In this document: one piece after another, positions 38,036 through 50,979 of the stretch | How the letters are laid out: the number at the start of each line of letters is the position of its first letter | Position numbering within the stretch: position 1 is the stretch's first letter | Assembly: GCF_018350175.1 (NCBI RefSeq) | Contig: NC_058368.1 | Location: 17,672,001 to 17,736,000, forward strand | Reading direction: 5' to 3' | DNA from: Felis catus | Taxonomy: Eukaryota | Length of the DNA stretch: 64,000 nucleotides | Position numbers and translations under genes: made by a program | Notes under the pieces: generated by a model | Told to the model about the DNA's origin: nothing | Seen by the model: only the letters and a program-made list of their open reading frames with translations | Databases searched by the model: none

Positions 38036-39412
38036 ACCTGATGCAATAAGAATGGAAAAAAAAAAAAATCACTCTCCAGAGTCGAATGCATCACAGTGCA
38101 GATTAGGAAAAAGTAAGCTGCTTTATCCCAAGCTGGAATACTCATAAGCCCGTGAACTTTATGCCTGACAGTGTGCCAGAAGTTGTCTTCAGTGAGAGAT
38201 CTCTCCAGGAATTTCGAGTCCTTGCCTTATCCTGAAAAACAGTTAACAAAGTCACAAGTCACTTGCTTTCTTTTTGAGTTAGCTGCTCTTTCTTTTGTAA
38301 AACATAAAGAATACCAAAACAAAAACAACAGCAACAACAACAGCAAAAAAACAAAACCAAACCAAAACAAAGAAAACAAACCACACCATACTGAGTGTTA
38401 AACCTCTTACTGCTAACCCGGATACAGTGACATAGGAAATCTTATCCATTTAACTAATGTGGATTTATCGCAGTTAAATTATTCTCATTAACAATAGCAA
38501 TGACATTTGTTTTACATTTATGTAAGATTGACAGTCTGATTCCTGGATGCCTATTAACTGAGGCTCAAAGTTGCAAACTGCCGGGTAGGGGTCAGGACTC
38601 CTGGAACCATGAGATGAGGGTCTGGGTGAATGGTTTCCCCAGCAGAACATCCATTTAACTGGTGAGAATTATAGAAATAGAAACAACTCTTTACAATCTC
38701 TGGAAATCTCTCTAATGATGTACAGCAAATAGCGTGGCATTTACTCAAATGATGCCAAATCCTGATAAAAGACAGAAACAGTTCTCAGCATTTGAGTTAG
38801 GGACCAGCTCCCATCACACCATCACCTGTGCACATTCTGTGTGATGGAAGGACTATTGCTTTGGGGTGCAGGCGGCAAGACAGGGTCTCCTGCTCTCCTT
38901 AGCTTCTAACCTGCAGCCGTGATTCGGTAATAAGCCACTAGGCTCTCCCATCCTCCACAGTCTCATGTTCAGAGCAGGCAGGCAGAGGAATGGGACTCCC
39001 TTCCCCCACCCTGCTCATTCAAAGAGCAGAGGCTCTTCTGCAGGTACCGCAAGCTGGGAAAACTGCAGTCTGTCACTCTTAACAGCTTGCTCATCCCAGG
39101 CAGGAGGCTCCACACCAGCCCCGCAAGCCGAGAAACCAAAAGACCACCATCCCTCGGCACCACTTACAGAGCAGGGGGTCGCTCTGGGAGAAGAGTGCTG
39201 CTGTCCCCATCGCCAGCTCTGGTGTAGGGGCTCTGAGGTTCTTCTCTGGGGAAGGGCAGGCTGGAAGGAGGGAGAACTGCACAGCTCTACCTGACGGGAA
39301 TGGCTTTGGAAGAGAGCATCTGCCTGTACCCGTAGAACTTTATAGCACAAAGAGTGGACCTTAATGTAGGTATAAGAAGTTTTTAAAACGTTATTTAGAA
39401 AGGAAGGAGAAT

Positions 39413-39598
39413 AGGGCGCCTGACTGGTTCAGTCAGTAAAGCAGGCGACTCTTGATCCTCATCTCAGGGTTGTGAGTTCAAGCCCCACGTGGGACATAGA
39501 GCTTACTTTTAGAATAAATAAATAAATAAATACATACATACATACATACATACATACATAAATCAATAAAAATTAAAAATGCTTAAAAAAAAAAAGAA
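39413..39598 (+). mobile_element. Short carnivore SINE with (TAAA)n(TACA)n tail
   Basis: TSD agaaag[g/t]aaggagaa at 39397-39411 and 39599-39613. Confidence 0.88.
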
Positions 39599-39815
39599 AG
39601 AAAGTAAGGAGAACCAAGGGTCCAAGGTAGGGAAGTGGCATGATAAGACATATTTTTGTAAAAACGATAATTATTACAGAAACACACAAGATTTTAGAGG
39701 CTTAGCCTCTACATTTTAGAGGCTATTTAGAGTAATAGCCATGGTGGCGGTGGGAACAAAAGGGCACATTTGGGATTTGTTTTGTATTTGGGCTAGGTTT
39801 AAAGATGAAGAATGA

Positions 39816-39940
39816 GGGGCACCTGGGTGGCTCAGTTGGTTAAACGTCCAACTCTGGATTTCAGCTCAGGTCATGATATCATGCTTCGGCGGATTGAGCC
39901 CCACATCAGGCTGTGCACTGACAGAGTGGAGCCTGCTTGA

Positions 39941-39990
<50 letters not shown>

Positions 39991-40018
39991 ATAAATAAAT
40001 AAATAAACCTAAAAAAAA
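39816..40018 (+). mobile_element. SINEC with pure (CT)n
   Basis: Exact TSD atgaagaatga at 39805-39815 and 40019-40029. Confidence 0.92.
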
Positions 40019-40079
40019 ATGAAGAATGAAGATGCCTTTTTTATTTTCAGCTTCATTAACTGTGGGTGCCAGTTACCCC

Positions 40080-40470
40080 TGACAGAGATGAGTGGAACTG
40101 GAGGCAAAAATAAGTACCACGGAGGAAATGAAAGCTTCTGTTTTGGATATACTTAGCTTAAGGGTTGGTAGGTATTGAGGTGGAAGCAACATGGTGGCCG
40201 TCAGACGTTGCACTGTGGTGCTCAGCGAGAGGGGAGTAGTCAAGACTGGACATGCAAACATGGCTGCCATCAGCAATTCAGTGGCACATGAGATCCTTGT
40301 CCCACTCACTAGCCCCATTCCCTCAGACCCTGCCTCCCTGCCGCAGTGAACCGCTTCCATCTCCCCATGGTACCCAATTATCCTTGGCCTCCAAGTCTTT
40401 GCCCCTGCTGCTCTTGCTTCCTGGAAGCTCTCTCTCACCACAGCTACCTGGAAGATATCTGCCCATTTCC
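40080..40470. mobile_element. L2 fragments
   Basis: Antisense L2-like sequence at ~40130-40290 and pyrimidine-rich sense L2-like sequence at ~40300-40470. Confidence 0.5.
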
Positions 40471-41851
40471 TGGTACTGAGAAAGAATTTGCAAGTAACAT
40501 CCACTATATATGTTGCTAACAATTTTGCAAGCTACCATTCTAATCTGAACCTAAATTTGCTTACCTAAAAACTCTCAAAAAACAACACAAAGCAACAACA
40601 GCAGAACCCACAGAAACTGAACATATATGTGCCAAACTGAACCAAAGCTGGGTCCTAAAGATCTGGACACAAAGACAGAGGCCAATCTGCTAAGCGTTCT
40701 TGTTACGCATTCGGTCCTAGGTTTTGGTAAGCAATTTCTTCTGCCTAAAAATTCTATCTTAAGATTCTTGAGGAGAGTCTTTTCTGACTCCCATCCGTGT
40801 GGATTTGTGTGTACACATGAGTATAATAAAGCCTGAAAAAGTGCTCGATGCAGTTGCTGGGTTTTCTTTCATAAGAACAAAACTCAGGTGACAATTCCTC
40901 TATCTAGCTTTCCCTCAAAAGTAAGATAGAATAACCACTTCCCGTTGTATTCCTAACTGGATCTTGTACGACTTTGTGTAATTGTAGCTCCGTGTATTAA
41001 CACGTCTGCCTCCCCATTAGACTGCTTCTTGAGGGTAGGACCTTTTGTTTGTAGCACATCCTTTCCTAGAAACGTGGTTCTTGCCCTTAAAAATGGAGGA
41101 GAGGAAGGAGGGAAGGGACAAAGGGAGGAAAGGAGGGAGGAAATTTTATGAGGCATGTTTCAAGAACAATGCTGCTCCTAATACTTTATTTAATAGGCAT
41201 TTATAATTTACAATTCTATTTTCCTAGAAAAATTGACAGCCCCAATTTTTTAAAATATACGCATGCAGCTAATATGGTATAACCAGAAATCGTTAAAACG
41301 CGTCTATTCAGTTGCTTAACTAGGTCAAAACACGTTCTCTTTCTGTCTTGTTTCTTCCCAAAGCACCCCTCCCCTTTCTTTACTAACGGAATAGCTTAAA
41401 ACCACTTGCCTGTGGCAGAAAAAAAAAAATCTATGACTGAAAATGTCTGCATCAGCAACCTGACACTCTCAGCGAAAGCTCACGGGAATTGCTCCTCGTG
41501 GCCAGGAGCAGCCCCAGATCCCAGGAAAGCCTGCTCACAGCCCCAGGACAGGGGAGGCCGGATGGGCCTGGAGAAATCCCGAAGGTTCTGAACTCAGGAA
41601 ACAATGAAGTGCTCATCCCGGCCACCGGTTTTGGGGTCCTCTTGGTTGTGCTGAATATTTCTTACTCACTTTTGTGAACATTTCAGGTGATGGAACACCC
41701 AGGTTTCTCTCTCTGTTCCCCACACGGTGCGCTGTATTCACATCACGCGCTTCCTCACATTGGGGTGTCTCCTCCTCCAGCACCTGATTCGACACACGTA
41801 GGTCTGAACTATCGCGTCTTCTTTTGGGACATGTAATTTAAAAACAAATTG

Positions 41852-42031
41852 TTTTAAGTTTATTTATTTGGGGGTGGGGGTGAGGGGCAGAGAGAGGGGA
41901 AACGAGAACTCCGTGAAGGTTTCGTGCTGACCCAGTGCAGAGCCCGATGCAGGGCTCGAACCCACGAACTGTGAGGTGGTGACCTGAGCCGAAATCAAGA
42001 GTCAGAGGCTTAACGAACTGAGCCATCCAGC
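41852..42031 (-). mobile_element. Older SINEC
   Basis: Antisense SINEC head and body. Confidence 0.85.
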
Positions 42032-44284
42032 TCTATCCAGAACCGGGTTTCAAAATGTGAAACTATTAAGAGTGAAAATCATGGTAAAATTTATGGTGCA
42101 CTCATTATTCGCCAGGCACTCTATGGTGAGTTTCCATTGGGTAAGAACTATTATCACCTCTGGTTAACAATTGAGGGAGGTTTAGAGATGAGGACATTTG
42201 TCCAGCTAGTAAGTGGCAAAAATAGGTCTCTAATGTAGGCCTGTTTTACAGTGACATATGTTGTTAGTAGTCCATGGTTTTAAACTCCAAGCATAGCCAG
42301 AACTTAAAACAACAAACAGAATGATTTAATTCCCTCCTCTCCCCCCAAAACTCCCAAGATGCAAAACCATAGAACGGGAAAGGTCAGAGCAACCTCGTCC
42401 AGGACCCTGAGAGGGAGCAAGGAGAACATGAAAAGAATTGTCTGGAGAAAACCTACTTAGCCTGCCCCAGGCTGGTATCCAGCCAGACCCACAGAAGAAA
42501 AAACACATTGGCAACAGCTGGCATATGGTCAGGAAGAAAGATCAAATGCCCTGTGTCAGACCCTCAAAATTCTATAGCATCATTTTTATCTCGTTACTAA
42601 AACCATCTTAATAAAATCAGATTCAAATCCTTCTGCTTAACTCTTACCTTTAGAAAAGCAATTATGGAGGGACCGAAGGTTTTCAATATGTCATGGGAAC
42701 ACCGCATTGGTCACTTATTTATCTGGTACTTCAATACTGTTAATTTCTCCTTCTAATCTGTATTCTCTCCTCAGCCTGCATTCCTACCAAGAAGTGAACA
42801 AACCCCTTGCATTGCTAATTCATGATCCTCTATCAAAATGTATGGGTCATACTTTTAAAGTAGGAGCTCTTTTAAAGATCGTCAACCGAGTGACATTTTG
42901 TTCTTTTCATTTGAAAATGGATTTGCAGGTATATCTTTCTTTGGAAAGAAAGCGTGCTCCTATTTTAAGCCAGAATATTGCAGGTACATGCATACGTTGC
43001 ATGCATTAGAGGAGCATGCTATTTACATTATCGTCCATCATTTATCTCTTGTGGAAGTTTAGATTTTTCTAATAAAGAGACATGAGGAAGCTACCCTTGT
43101 ATTAGTAAATATTACTGATATTTAGTCTATTATGAGTGTCTAGTCACATTATTATTAATAACCTAAAAAGATAATGTAGGCCTCTGCCTGAAGAAAAAGA
43201 AAATCCCCCTTTCCATTCCCTCATTTGTAACAACATTCACTTCCATTTCAAACTCAGGACACCCCATTTTCTCAATAGGCTATCCCTGATAGCTGCTGGA
43301 GTCACTCATCACTCTGGTGGTGAACACTGTGACAGGATGGGACTCTACAACGGATGAAAGCAGTGAACTAGATCTATGTGTGTGACTAAGGTTAATACGG
43401 ATGTTTGCCATACCCTTCATTGTGGCTGTCTCTAGTTTTTAATGTCTTAACTTACCTTTTGAAGTGCGAATTGAGGGCCCCTGGAACAGACCTCCGAATA
43501 ATAATCTTTGAGACTTAGGCCCAAGCATCTGTGTTTTCAACAAGCAACACAATAGGGGGACAATTGTATGATGGGTTTAATGCCTGAGAGGTTGTTGGCA
43601 ATCTTTGAATGTATAAATTATCTCTTGCATTGCCTCTAAGACATCGTAGGATGCCATCAAAGAAACCCAATCCTTGCAATACAAACAAATAGATTTCTAC
43701 TCTGTGTTTACTTGAACAGAGCAGTTAAACGGATTTTGCACTTTGGAGGATTTACCCATGTGGCGTGAACTCACAGCACAATTTCCAAACTGGTTTCCTG
43801 GAAACTTCCTTTGACTCCCATCAGAAGGCCTTCCTGCGCCTCACCTTTGACCCTGCTACGCTTTCTGCAGAAGACCCAGAGGAAAACTGATCGAGAAATC
43901 CCCCCCTTTCCAGATGTAGTATGCAATTTATTTGTGTGGCTTTTTGTTCTAAATGTTTCCCTTTTCAAAGATCATGAGAAGCCATCAGACAAGGAGGATT
44001 TAGGATTTAGATTTCAAAGGACATCATATTTACATTTTCTATCTACATATAGTTTGAGTCATTAATGTGTCATATCATTTCCCAAAGAATCTCACTGAAA
44101 ATTCTACGCCAATTGATATTCCCAGACTTAACTACAAACCCACGTTCTAACAGGAAGCACAAGGGAAGCCTGAACTTTCTCAGATATAACACAACATTGT
44201 TGAATTCATTCAGTTGTGCAACAAATATTTACTGAACACTAACAATGAGACAAAGGCAGAGCTAAGTGATTACGAAAGACATGA

Positions 44285-44528
44285 GGGGCGCCTGGGTGGC
44301 GCAGTCGGTTAAGCGTCCGACTTCAGCCAGGTCACGATCTCGCGGTCCGTGAGTTCGAGCCCCGCGTCAGGCTCTGGGCTGATGGCTCGGAGCCTGGAGC
44401 CTGTTTCCGATTCTGTGTCTCCCTCTCTCTCTGCCCCTCCCCCGCTCATGCTCTGTCTCTCTCTGTCCCAAAAATAAATAAACGTTAAAAAAAAAAAATT
44501 AAAAAAAAAAAAACATCTTTATAAAAAA
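44285..44528 (+). mobile_element. Very young SINEC_Fc with a bipartite tail
   Basis: CpGs almost all intact; exact TSD aaagacatga at 44275-44284 and 44529-44538. Confidence 0.96.
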
Positions 44529-45382
44529 AAAGACATGAACCTCGTCCATATAACGACAACAGTCCAGTGATGAACATCAGACAATTAATTTATTACAACG
44601 TTAGTCATAGGAGGGTCTCCCAGGAGGCTCACTTCATCCGGGGAGTTGGCACTGGTTTCCTTTAAGTTGTGGCTTCCATTGCGCATAGGGTTTAGCTAGG
44701 ATGAGAGAGGTAGAGAATGATGTTCTAGATGGTGAGGAGGAAACTACAAATGCTACAGGACAGGTGTTATCTTGGCCAGTTGAAGTGTTCCCAAAAAGGA
44801 GGACAAGGTAGCCCAGCACAGTGGATCGGAAGAGTGGCCAAAATGACAAGGTACCTACAGATAGGACAAAACAAGGGGAATAAGAAGCGACTGAAACAGG
44901 GAAATGATTAGGTCTGTGACTTCGATTATTTCACCAGTGTGGAAAATGGATTTACAGGAGAGCAGGTGGGGGCATGGGAAGATGAGTTAGAAGTATGTAG
45001 ACGGAAGGGACGCACTGTTTGCAACCTGCTTTTTTAAAAATGCCATGTATAAATACACATATATATTGTGCATGATATTATGTAATATATATAATATGTT
45101 ATGTGTAACTACATGCAGATATGTATAAATTCTTTTTAATCTCCACCCTAGCAATTACCCTCATCAGACATCCATTCCCCAGAGGCAGCTACAATGAATG
45201 TCTTCAGATATCACCATCAAAGCTTCCCCACAGTGTCTGTTCATTGGCATAAGATTGCTAGAAGGAATATTGCATTGGTGAAAGAGTGGCATTCAGAATT
45301 TATGAACTGACTCTGGGCAAATATACAACTTCTACCTTCTGAATCACTTCTATTGCTGCAGGTTTTTTTTTTTTTAACCTCA

Positions 45383-45958
45383 ATACCCAGGATTCGTTGC
45401 CTCGTCTCTTTGAAGAATGAAGATGTGGACACAAAATGAGCAGCAGGCAAAAGCTTATTAGAGTATAAGATCCGAAAGAAAGAATAGTAGGAAAGCTCTC
45501 TTTACAGAGAGGCGACACTTGAAAGTGCATGCCCTTGACTATAGGCAAGGGTCCTTGTTTTATAAGGTTCTGGTCAGCCCTTCCCCTTCCCTTCCCCCTT
45601 GTTCCTTCTCAGGTTCTACATTTATTGGCCGGATAACTCTAGGTGCTGGGTTATCCATTCCTGATTGGCTCGCTTCCATTGTATGACGGGTGGTTTACGG
45701 CCATACCGTTCCTTGTGGGTCATAGGTTTTATGGTCTACCTATTTTTAGCCAGGTTTTTTTGGTGTCAAATTCCTGAGGGGAAGCTGAGGGGGAGTAGGT
45801 GGTGTCTGTTACATTCTTAAGAGGCACCTTACGTCTCAGGGGGTTTGCTGTGGTCAGCCGCCCCCAGCATTGTTCCAAAATATGTGTTTTTCCCCAGCCA
45901 TGGACCTCAGCTCCTAATCTTTCCCTCTCTGCCTACTGAATCCTATCTTTTCCTATCA
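45383..45958 (-). mobile_element. ERV solo LTR (probably carnivore-specific)
   Basis: Minus strand starts TGATAGG; CCAAT boxes (attgg at 45624 and 45664), TATA (ttttataag at 45558-45566), poly(A)-like signal near 45455; left boundary uncertain. Confidence 0.65.
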
Positions 45959-46439
45959 TACTACCTCCTCAGAATCTCGCAAACCCTGCAGACATCTCTC
46001 AGCTTTCTAAGTAGGATCCTAGACCTTACTAACCAGACATTTGGTTCCGTGTTGCTGCACTTCTTAACAGAGGATTCTGAATTCAAAAGAAGGTGAGCTG
46101 ACTCCCGCTGCTGGGGTAGGGTACTGTCACATCTACTCTACGGGACCTTCCAGGCCGGGTAGTTTTCAAAGTGCCAAAAGTACCAATAAGTGGGACAGAT
46201 TGTGTGACAATTTTTGTGCTTCCTTGCAAACAAATGCTTGCAATATGTGGCAGAATCTGGTGGGAGACTTGCTTTCATTATAACATCCCATCTGGTGGCA
46301 AACCGGTGGAGGACGATATTTATGGCTCTCACAAATCTCCAGACATCCTAAACTAGCAACAACTTGCAAAGATAACCTGGACACAGATTTGGAAAACTTG
46401 GTTCAAGTCAGATGACATTAACTAGACTAATATAGTATC

Positions 46440-46790
46440 TACGGAGGTGGAGAAAGGCGGGACTTCCTCAGGGGTAGATCTGATGTGGCGGAGGGAGGTT
46501 TCTGAATTGAACAGCCTGGTTCATAGAGGTATGATACACAGAGAGTAGGAACACCAGTGATGGCTGGTTTAGGAGGAAGATTATAAATTCTGTTTGGGCC
46601 CGTGGGTTTGCTAAATGGCGATATTGCATATGCCTTTGGGCATAAGAGGTCTGGGGCTGAAGACGTACCTGTGGGAGCCTTTGACAATAGATGTGATTAA
46701 AGCCACAGGAGAATATGAGATCGCCCAGGGAAAGGCAGCAGTCCCTGAAGCACTCCAGCATCTAAAGACTGAGTACTGGAACACGTAAAT
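46440..46790 (-). mobile_element. L2 fragment
   Basis: 'aaattctgtttgggcc..gaggtctggggctgaagacgtacctgtgggag..gagatcgcccaggg' antisense L2. Confidence 0.7.
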
Positions 46791-47453
46791 CAATAATGAT
46801 TTTGGTGTTATCACCCTGGCAAATATGTGGCATTTTATATAATGTTAGAGCCGAGAGCAAATTTTCTTCTCAGCTAAGAATTGGCTTTATCTGGAAAAAA
46901 CACTTGCACTGGAGTATGTGTGTCAATGGCACAATTAAGCAACAAAATTGGAACGCAGAACCACAATGCAGGAGAGAAAAAGAATTTATGTTGCTTTGTA
47001 GAGAATAGAAGAGGACGAGCAGGGAGCCCCGTGCAGGGAGCGGGCTGGCAAGGTTACTGGAACTTCACCATTGGAAGGGAGATCAGAGGAAGGTAGTCTC
47101 GGGTTTCCATGAAAGTTGATTGCGATGCTGCATTGTAAACCCTTCCTTCCTCTTCACCTGACAAAGCTTCAGAAAAACCTAAAAATCTCAAATTCTTCCT
47201 GGACCCTTCTTCTAGGACTCTTTCTTAGAAACCACAAAAGGAGCTGAATTTCAGGTCGGGGCGAAGAAATAAGGGACAAAGGCAGCCTGTGGTGTCCTTA
47301 AGGGGTAGCCTCTGAAAACATCCCCCCAGAAATGTGCAGAAATGTGGGGGCTGGCTTTGAATGGTAATAGGCTGTGCAATTGAAGAGTTTGTTTCCTGTA
47401 GATTTTAAGGAGTATGCATATCTGTCATCTCATCTCTGGACTATACATTTTTA

Positions 47454-47666
47454 TTTATCTATTTATTTTGAGAGAGGAGAGAGAGCGAGAGAGCGAGAGA
47501 GAAAGCAGGGGAGGGGCAGAGAGAGAGGGAGAGAAAGAATCCCAAGGAGCCTCTGAGCTGTCAATGCGGAACCTGATGTGGGGCTTGAACTCACAAACTG
47601 TGAGATCATGACCTGAAGTGAAACCAAGCGTCAGATGTTTAACCAACTAAACCACCCAGGGGCCCC
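47454..47666 (-). mobile_element. Older SINEC
   Basis: TSD tggactatacattttta/tggattataccttttta at 47437-47453 and 47667-47683. Confidence 0.9.
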
Positions 47667-47699
47667 TGGATTATACCTTTTTAAATGATCTCTATATTC

Positions 47700-48170
47700 T
47701 TTTAAAAGTATTTTTGAGTAGGTAACCGTCATAAGTTAGACCATACAAAAGTCACATGAAGTAAGTTCCCCCCCACCTTTGTCTCTTATCCAGAAGCAGC
47801 CCTTCTCATCTGTTTCTTATTTCTGTATCTTCCTAGAGATATTCTTTTTGCATAAAGAAAACACAGGGCTATTCTTTCAAAATGCTCTTAGAAAGTCTAG
47901 CCCACAGTTAAGTTCAAGTCCTGTGTGTCTCACTCTTCTTTCTTATTAGACCCTGACTATCTTTCTGTATCAGTACAGAAATGCTGCCTTTCAAATGGTT
48001 GTCTAGTTTCCTACATTCGTATGTACCGTAATTTATGTAAGGAGTTCCCCACTGGTCATCATTTGCTTCCAGACTTCTGCTATTATTGAAAATGCCTCCG
48101 TGAAAACCTTGTCCACACATCATTTTGCACATGTGCAAGCTGAACCGATTCTTCCAGCCAGCGGAATGTA
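47700..48170 (-). mobile_element. Old L1 (L1M) 3' fragment
   Basis: 'atgtaccgtaattta..tttgcttccagacttctgctattattgaaaatgc'. Confidence 0.6.
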
Positions 48171-48372
48171 AATCCCCATTATCATGACAAAGGGCAGACA
48201 CAGAGGAGGCAGATGGAGGTTCGGAAAGCTCAGCTTAGAATCTCAGACAGCTGCAAGGCCAAAATCACAGCCAGCATGTTTCAGGGCAGTTGGAGGAAGG
48301 CAGAGCATTGTAGAGAATTAAAGTGATATAGACTTATGAGGAGAGGTTTGTGTTTTGGAAGGAGACATTCTA

Positions 48373-48603
48373 TTTTTTTTTTATTTTTTTTTAACGTTTA
48401 TTTATTTTTGAGACAGAGAGAGACAGAGTATGAACGGGGGAGGGGCAGAGAGAGAGGGAGACACAGAATCGGAAGCAGGCTCCAGGCTCTGAGCCATCGG
48501 CCCACAGCCCGACGCGGGGCTCGAACTCACGGACTCACGGACCGTGAGATCGTGACCTGAGCTGAAGTCGGATGCTTAACCGACTGAGCCACCCAGGCGC
48601 CCC
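48373..48603 (-). mobile_element. Young SINEC_Fc (8-bp duplication actcacgg x2)
   Basis: Exact TSD gaaggagacattcta at 48358-48372 and 48606-48620. Confidence 0.95.
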
Positions 48604-48949
48604 TAGAAGGAGACATTCTAGAGCATATAAGACCTCACAGGACAAAGCAATATGGGTCACACAGAAGACGAGCTAAATTAGCAAGAACCATCCCCTTAGC
48701 TTCCTTAGAAAAAGGTGATCCACGGTTCTTCAGGAGAAACAGAAGATTAAGGGTAAGAAGCACTCATGTCTAGCTCTTACAGTCATGTATTGATATAGCG
48801 TTTGTGCCAAATCTTGTTAGGTGCTTTATAAAATCTGGAGTTCTTTCACTTCTCTTGAAACTGTTACAGACATACACTTGGAATGCCTGGGCTCTCCCTT
48901 ACTATCAACCAAAACTCCAGGGCCCCCGACTGAAACAAAGCAAAAGCTA

Positions 48950-49175
48950 ACGATGATAACAAAAATGAACATGTATTGACAGCTTGTCCTGGCCTGAGCC
49001 CTACAAAGAGCTCCCCATTGATTACCTAGTGTTATCTTCATCAAACTCTATGAAGATAAGATTGCTGTTCAGATTTCTACACATGAGGCAACTGAGGGTA
49101 AGAAACTTGCCCAAGTTTACATGAACTAACCTATGATGGAATCGAGATCCAAACTCGGGCACTCTGGGTAGGGAT
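48950..49175 (-). mobile_element. MIR
   Basis: 'catgaggcaactgaggg..aacttgcccaag..atccaaactcggg'. Confidence 0.6.
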
Positions 49176-49438
49176 CTCTTAAACACTGATGTATGAACGA
49201 CATTTTAGTCAAACGAGAACATCTAAGTCCATTGCTGATAACTAGCCCTAACCTGTCTATCTCTTTATGTTAGCTCTACCCTTATCCCCAAGGCTGCCTT
49301 AGAGACCTGGGTTTGTCAGTAAAGTGGCTTGGAAACTAACCACTTAATAATTTGCCTTGAGGAAATAATAATTCATTCGCGGTAAGTACAGAAAACTAGC
49401 CGTTACAAGCAGTGTCTCCTCATGAAGCTTGTTTCTTT

Positions 49439-49653
49439 ACAACATTTTTTTATGTTTAGTTATTTTTGACAGAGAGAGAGACAGAGCATAAGCAGGAGAG
49501 GGGCAGAGAGAGAGGGAGACACAGAATCTGAAGCAGGCTCCAGGCTCTGAGCCATCAGCACAGGGCCAGACGTGGGGCTCAAACTCATGAACCTCAAGAT
49601 CATGACCTGAGTTGAAGTTGCACACTTAACCTACTGGGCCACCCAGGAGCCCC
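49439..49653 (-). mobile_element. SINEC (left member of a tandem pair)
   Basis: Complete antisense SINEC. Confidence 0.92.
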
Positions 49654-49682
49654 TTAATTTTTTTTAATGTTTATTTATTTTT

Positions 49683-49730
<48 letters not shown>

Positions 49731-49896
49731 AAGCAGGGAAGGGGCAGAGAAAGAGGGAGACACCGAATCCGAAGCAGGCTCCAGGCTCTGAGCCGTCAGC
49801 ACAGAGCCTTGACTGTGGGGCTCAAACCCAGGAACCGTGAGATCATGATCTGATCCGAAGTCGGAAGCTCAACCGACTGAACCACCCAAGTTTCCC
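49654..49896 (-). mobile_element. SINEC (right member of a tandem pair)
   Basis: Complete antisense SINEC; the pair is bracketed by one TSD aagcttgtttcttt at 49425-49438 and 49898-49911. Confidence 0.92.
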
Positions 49897-50979
49897 AAAG
49901 CTTGTTTCTTTGTGTACTACAGGTTAAACATTAATTTAAAAAAATATATTAGTGGTAGCGTTATACTCTAATATATGCTTATAGGATTCTAACATAGAGT
50001 GTTTGTTTTAAGAACTTAAAGGAATAGAAAAACTTAAGGCCCATAGGAAAAGATAAAATGGGTCAGTGATAGATGGGCCACAGTGTATGATGTGTAGTAT
50101 GTGATCAGTAAACGGTTTTAAGTAAAGAAATAATGAAAAGAAAAAGACCAGGATATCAGAAGTCATAAAAAAAAAAAAGCATCCTGGGTGATCCAAACAG
50201 TATCTCAGGCAGTCATACATGGAAGGCACAGCATAATCTCCAAAATAGGGCAAGCAAGTTCTTTCCCATATCCCAGGGAAACGGCAATTATGAAAGTCGC
50301 TAAGGGAAGAAATAGAGTAGGAAGCGTCTCCAGATCCAATTGCTGATGGAAGTAATTGAAGGTCAGTGTGGCCACAGATGGCCTCATAGCATGGCGTTTC
50401 TGCTTGTTCTTGCTCGTAGTAAGAAATTCTCATTTTTCGTTACTGCCTAAAATTTACGTTCAGATGTGAATCCTTACTTTAACCACCACTGAAGTATATA
50501 AAACTTAGAACACAGAGCTAAAGGAGACCTGGACTCCAAGAATGTGTTCTCTTTCTACAATAGAAAGAGATTTTTCCTGCAGGGAAAAATCACTTATTTT
50601 CTCATTGACCCCCACTGCTACGTGTTAGTGCAGTGACCCAGTTCGTGGAATCATTTTGCCTTGTTCTGGAGAGTTAGTGCAATCCTGTTCCCTCTTGAGG
50701 TGACAGGCAATTTCTTCTAGGTCCTATGAGCTTGCTGGAACCTAATGGTCTTATTTCCATTAAGGCTCTCTGGAGATACCCCCTCCATTTTGAGAGAAAG
50801 CCTGAATCAGAGAAGGGGGCATGACGGACATTTGATGTTCTGACAAATTCACTCCAGTCACCAAGGATTGCAAAAAAAAAAAAATTTTTCCGCAAAGACG
50901 ATTTTGCTAGTAGCAAACATGCTGAATCAATTCTATTTTTCATCTTCCCTTCACAGCTAAGTCTCTTTTTCTTTGTACT

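Noticed and set aside
43450..43460. Isolated strong minus-strand donor AAG|GTAAGT
   Set aside because: No matching acceptor; upstream sequence is a MER5-like relic, and lone donors are frequent by chance
50008..50433. 141-aa ATG-initiated minus-strand ORF (MRISYYEQEQ...) in unique DNA
   Set aside because: No recognisable domain, runs through a poly-T tract, and no promoter or splice support; a length like this can arise by chance in 64 kb
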